64,000 nucleotides of DNA from Mytilus californianus (taxonomy: Eukaryota): assembly GCF_021869535.1 (NCBI RefSeq), contig NW_026262668.1, forward strand, positions 77,748,001-77,812,000, written 5' to 3'. Numbering within the stretch: position 1 is the stretch's first letter; the number at the start of each line of letters is the position of its first letter. The notes beneath the pieces were generated by a model. The model searched no databases. It was not told the DNA's origin and saw nothing but the letters and a program-made list of their open reading frames with translations. Of this stretch, positions 58,479-64,000 are shown in pieces. Position numbers and translations under genes: made by a program.

Positions 58479-59610
58479 GTTGTAGTTAGATTGTTTGTCT
58501 TGTTGTAATCAAGTCTAATGGATTGTTGTAGGCAGTATGATTAAGTTTCGTTGTAGTTTAGTTTTTTTTGTCTTGTTGTAATCAAGTCTAATGGATTGTT
58601 GTATGCAGTATGATTAAGTTTCGTTGTAGTTAGATTTTTTGTCCTGCTGTAATCAAGTCTAATGGATTGTTGTATGCAGTATGATTAAGTTTCGTTGTAG
58701 TTAGATTTTTTGTCTTGTTGTAATCAAGTCTTATGGATTGTTGGAGGCAGTATGCTCCAGTTTCGTTGTAGTTAGAATGTTTGTCTTGTTGTAATCAAGT
58801 CTTATGGATTGTTGTAGGCAGTATGATTAAGTTTCGTTGTAGTAAGATTGTTTGTCTTGTTGTAATCAAGTCTAATGGATTGTTGTAGGCAGTATGATTA
58901 AGTTTCGTTGTAGTTAGATTTTTTGTCTTGTTGTAATCAAGTCTAATGGATTGTTGTATGCAGTATGATTAAGTTTCGTTGTAGTTAGATTTTTTGTCTT
59001 GTTGTAATCAAGTCTTATGGATTGTTGGAGGCAGTATGATTCAGATTCGTTGTAGTTAAATTGTTTGTCTTGTTGTAGTCAAGTCTTATTGATTGTTGGA
59101 GGCAGTATGATTCAGTTTCGTTGTAGTTAGATTGTTTGTCTTGTTGTAATCAAGTCTTATGGATTGTTGTAGGCAGTATGATTAAGTTTCGTTGTAGTTA
59201 GATTGTTTGTCTTGTTGTAATCAAGTCTAATGGATTGTTGTAGGCAGTATATTAAGTTTCGTTGTAGTTAGGTTTTTTTTGTCTTGTTGTAATCAAATCT
59301 AAAAGATTGTTGTATGCAGTATGATTAAGTTTCGTTGTAGTTAAATGTTTTGTCTTGTTGTAATCAAGTCTAATGGATTGTTGTGGGCAGTCTGGTAAAG
59401 TTTCGTTGTAATTAGATTTTTTGTCTTGTTGTAGGCAGTATGATTAAGTTTCGTTGTAGTTAGATTTTTAGTCTTGTTGTAATCTAGTCTAATGGATTGT
59501 TGTAGACAGTCTGATATAGTTTTTTTGTAGTCAGATTTTATATCTTGTTGTAGTCCATCCAAATGCATTGTTGTAGGCAGTATGATTAAGTTTCGTTGTA
59601 GTCAGATTTG
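58479..59610. repeat. 71-bp tandem repeat, ~16 copies, built from three gttgta-initiated subunits
   Basis: gttgtagttagattttttgtctt / gttgtaatcaagtctaatggatt / gttgtaggcagtatgattaagtttc. Confidence 0.9.
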
Positions 59611-60419
59611 ATGTCCTAATGTAGTCCAGGCAAATGAATTGTATGGGTTTTCCTCATAGCTGAAGAGGGTATTACGGTGCCCTGAAGCTGCTTACATCCA
59701 CGTCCTTTGGTCTTTCTCGGATAGCTGTCTCAATGGCAACCACACCACATCTTCTTATGCTTATATTATTGACTGGGTCATCGGGCATAATGTTTAATGG
59801 ACCAATCCTTACGGGTCATGTAGGCAAGTTTAGTTATTATTAACCTAGTTGTTTCAGGCGGTAAGATGTTTTTGACGGACGCTTCACTACAGACGAGAAA
59901 CGATGGACGCCAAGTGGTGGAAAAACTCACACTGGCCCTTTGGACTAAGTATGAGCTATTGATATCAAAATGTAGACCATGTCTACACTATACATTATAT
60001 TTCAGTTAAATGTTTGATTAAAATGTATAAAGCGTAATGTTGCATAATGATTACATTGTTTTATTTATATTTTATCAGTCTATATATATATCACTGTATT
60101 GATTTATCACTTTATTGATTTACAAATGAAATACACATTTTTTTTAAGTAGATCTCTTTGACATAACTTATATTTGATAATCAATAAGCTTTTATCTTCC
60201 GTTGTTGATTTTGTGTTTCGAGATATATCGATTAGCTTAATTGGATATAATTAATGTACCAAATAAAAAGATTATAATATTTTTCTCAGGCTTCAAACGA
60301 TATACGACAGGTACAAATTTGTAAATTATTTAAAAGAATGGTTATTTATATAGTAAAGCGTGTAAATCGGCTTTAGAAGTGTTAAATTGCTCTGTGTAAA
60401 ACAGTAATCAGTATCGAAT

Positions 60420-61054
60420 TTCTCTTTGGAGGTCCGTCCTTCAGCAAGAAAAGAAATGAAACCATTTTGGCGGCGTTTTACGGCGTATATGAAGAATTTG
60501 TAAATGGTATCACTTCCTAATCTGGAGTTGAAAAGTCGAGGAGATTATTGAAAAAATGGTGATTGCAGATTCGAGACACAGGTAAGCGCATTGTAGATAT
60601 ATAAAGGTAAATTTAGATAAATAAAAAAGCTCTTTGTGTAGGACGACAATTTACCATTCTAAACACACATACTTGAAGGTGAAATATCATTAAATAACAT
60701 TTTATTTCAATGAATTACTTATCTGGAATAAAAATAAACTGGTATCTTTTAAATAATTTAAAAGAACCATAATAGTTATAAGTTTATCTTTCCACCTTTC
60801 ACCTTATGTTTAGAACAAAGGTCATGCCATACTATTTTAAAGACTTAACTAAATGTTTATTCTGCACTGATCATGACTTAAGTTAGAAAGCTATTCGGTG
60901 TAGGCGCTATTCAGATGTGTCAGGCGATAATGAATAAAAACCGCAAACTCCTTGATTTCCCACCGTATTCTGGCATCTACCCCGAGTACTTGTCGAGATA
61001 TGTGTACACAAAACTGATTTATTCAAATCGGGACAGACGCGGTATCGAAAAAAG
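60420..61054 (+). promoter_or_regulatory. Possible promoter / first exon(s) of a further gene extending beyond the window
   Basis: CpG-richer unique sequence with CCATTTTGGCGG (YY1-like); strong donors cag|gtaagc (60582) and aag|gtaagt (61055); no downstream coding exon recognised. Confidence 0.3.
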
Positions 61055-61424
61055 GTAAGTCTCCATACTTCTGGAATGTTAAAATGAAAATAGAATAGGG
61101 AAACATAGGGTTGCGTTGATATTTAGAGTATTGTGTTTTGTACCTATATGATATAACTTTCTGGTTGCAAAAAGTTAAGATTGACAACCATACGTTTAGT
61201 ATTTTCTTTTAAAATATTATACTATCAAATTTTAGTTCAATATAAAAATGGTGAGATTCGGACTTCGTCTACTTGTATTGTCCGCAAAACACGTAAATAT
61301 CCACGTCAACTACAAATTTAAAAACTTTGATTTGCGATATGTTTCTTTTTAATACTGCCTCATTAGACACAGTACTTCAGATATTTAGTAGTCGCTGAAG
61401 TTCGGATACATAATGGTTGCTTGC

Positions 61425-61530
61425 TTGAATAGTTGGTAGTTTGAATAGTTGATAGCTTAAATAGTTGGTAGCTTAAATAGTTGGTAGCTTGAATAGTTGA
61501 TAGCTTGAATAGTTGGAAGCTTACTGAATA
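61425..61530. repeat. 16-bp minisatellite
   Basis: aatagttg(g/a)tagctt(g/a) units. Confidence 0.8.
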
Positions 61531-64000
61531 GTTATTGGTCGCTAGTTTGAGTCTGATGTACTAACGACCGGCTAACCCAATTTCCAACTTGTAGACAGCT
61601 TTGCTAAGTATTGATCTGGACAATAATTAGGATTCCAATGTTCGGTCATAGTGCGGTATATCATTTTATGGTTATAACTAATTTCTAGAATTATATGGTC
61701 TCTATTGTGAGGGCACATGTGTAGCTAACCGTTTAGACCATTCTTATTCAATTTTTATCAAACAATTTCTTCCGTGTTGGAAATAAAGTATATACGAAAA
61801 ACGTTTAATATTCATCCAGAAATCCAGTGTTCCTAGTGTTGTTTAAAGTTATTTGATTTGCTTTAGATTTTTAGGATTGCGACACAACTAGTTGTTGCGT
61901 TAGATGTAAAAAAAAAAACGATAATAACGAAATACAAATATACTAAACATGTTTTTTTACCTACGAAAACCATTATTTCTTGATTTTCATTTTGAAGACT
62001 ATTATTCACAAAATTCCTGATAAAATGACATACGCCCACCCAAAAACCTTTTAATATATATTTTCAATATGTAATCAAATATAAAGATGTTTTCGATTTT
62101 CTTCCTCGTTGAAGTTGTATAAAATGAACTGAATATTGAATCATAGATATATAAAGGCATATCTATGGCTCTATATAACTATGATTGAATTGATTGAGAC
62201 TAGATTTAATCTCCCAAAATATGTCATATTTTATTGATGGATATAATACATCATGTCAACTTGACTTGGAAAAGATCACGTAAAGTCATAGCATCATCCT
62301 TATGACAAAAATATTTTTTTTAAATACTCAACTAAAACAACGGCTTTATAGATAAGAAGGTGGTCTTCATAAAAATCATATTTTTTTTTTAAATTACACA
62401 TATGGTAAAGTAAATTTTCGAGTAGACTAATGATAAATACGATAAGTTATTACTGGTCCAACCCTGGACTCTTATTACATGAAAAATTATGGACCCCTAT
62501 TGTTTTTATAATATTTATTTTTAATTCTAGTACTCCAGGATCCTGTTTTATTGTTAAGATTAATTACCAATTTCATATAATAGTTTTATTTACCATCATT
62601 TTTCTTCTCAGTCAATTTTTGTAAACCTTGATCATCAATGCTAAAGCGTATCTTCTGTTGTGTTGACGTTTTAGTATTAGACCAAAAGTGATATAATATC
62701 GATATCATGTGTCAGAATTATGGCCAAGATTAATTGGCCAGATCGTCTCCATAATCGGCTTATCTCCATTCCTTTGTGCTAGTGATACAATTCTTCATAA
62801 CTCAGTCACAACTGGAAAGCAAAGAATTATGGGTGCCTGTTATAATAATAAGTAAGTGTTTAGACTTTTTTAGATTGATAATACGTGTACACTTTGTTGA
62901 ATTTTCTGCACATAAGATTAGCGCTTTAATTGGTATGGGGATTGTTTTTAATCTTGTTGTGTCGGTTTCTTTCGAACATTTAAGTTTAACAATTGTCCAT
63001 TTATTGACTTAAATTTTGCAAGCTAAATCTATGACACTTAAACATGAGGCAGGTCAATGATTTTTGAAAGGGGGAGTGATTCCCGAAAACTGAAGATATA
63101 CTGACGAGTATAGGGAGGTAAAAAAATTTTGGACGATTTTATGCCAAATAATGATAATCTTTTTTAAAGGGGACGTATGCCATCTACGCTCCCCTGGATC
63201 CGCCCCTGCATGACAACCACAAAGAGGTTCTCGCCAATATTATACCTGCTTGTTATAGAAATTATTCTTATCTCCAAAATAACCAAAATACCAAAATTTC
63301 AAATAATTTATCCTTAAATGAACCACAAACTACCTAACCGTGCATTTATTCTTAATCATGGCTTTTCTCAAAAAGTGCAGAAAATGGTTAAAAAGCAGGA
63401 CCGTGAAAAGAAAAATGTCATAAAAACAGCAGTCAGTGTTAATTTAGGCACTTAATCAAAAACCTAAAACTCTCAAAACCGCCAAATTATGTAATTTGTA
63501 ATGTCAAAATTTCATCAGTTAATGGCAAGCTTGGCCTATTTCAGTCCTCGACCGACATTTAAAAATCTGCTGTGACATGTGTGAACAGTGTCTTATTTTA
63601 AATTGGTCGCTTTTATGTTTCATTTTGTATTTTACCTTCCTTTTTAATGATCAAATGATCATTTATAGATAAACTATTTTGAATAAAAAAAAATCTGAAC
63701 AAAAAGTTTGTTTCCACTTGTCTGATTTCAATTGAATGTGTGTACTAATGATACGGGTATCATTTCCGTTTGTCCTTATTGAGAATTATGGCGACTCTAG
63801 TGAATCATACGGGTATTTCTGAATTGAATTACTTCACTTTGATCAATTTCGAATGCTATAATTTATTTTTAAATCTCTTTTGAAATGATCAATTCGATAT
63901 AATTGATAAATAAATAAGATCTAGAGAATTTTGTATAATAAAGTATGATTAATTACTTCCCATCCATTTAACATGGCATTTTATTTACGTCAATCCTAAC

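Noticed and set aside
57558-59568. Thr/Gln/Lys-rich minus-strand ORFs in the minisatellites
   Set aside because: Short, stop-interrupted translations of tandem repeats

Overview
AT-rich eukaryotic genomic DNA. The repeat families suggest a bivalve mollusc, probably a Mytilus-like mussel (inference). Left third: 13 coding exons (4839-21184, +) of a FUBP1/KHSRP/Psi-family KH-domain gene, reconstructed by hand into one open frame of 562 codons; its 5' exons lie upstream of the window. One of its introns holds four copies of an H/ACA snoRNA of the SNORA6/SNORA62 (E2) family. Middle and right: three genes with uninterrupted CDSs encoding RING + single B-box-like + NHL-like beta-propeller proteins with no coiled coil (31018-32403 -, 37216-38625 +, 54075-55484 +). 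The first two are head-to-head across an apparent ~260-bp bidirectional promoter with IRF/ISRE-like, NF-kB-like and GATA motifs. The third gene carries a homologous module, split by a 5.5-kb TIR element (TAG target duplication) inserted between its ISRE and kB sites. A 27-bp exact copy of the start of the minus-strand RING CDS sits at a repeat junction 9.6 kb away. The rest is Helentron-type (HINE/DINE-like) elements, a Helitron, MITEs, nested hAT-like elements, SINEs and minisatellites. All alignments were done by eye and no database was searched; family names and rRNA numbering come from recall and need confirmation.
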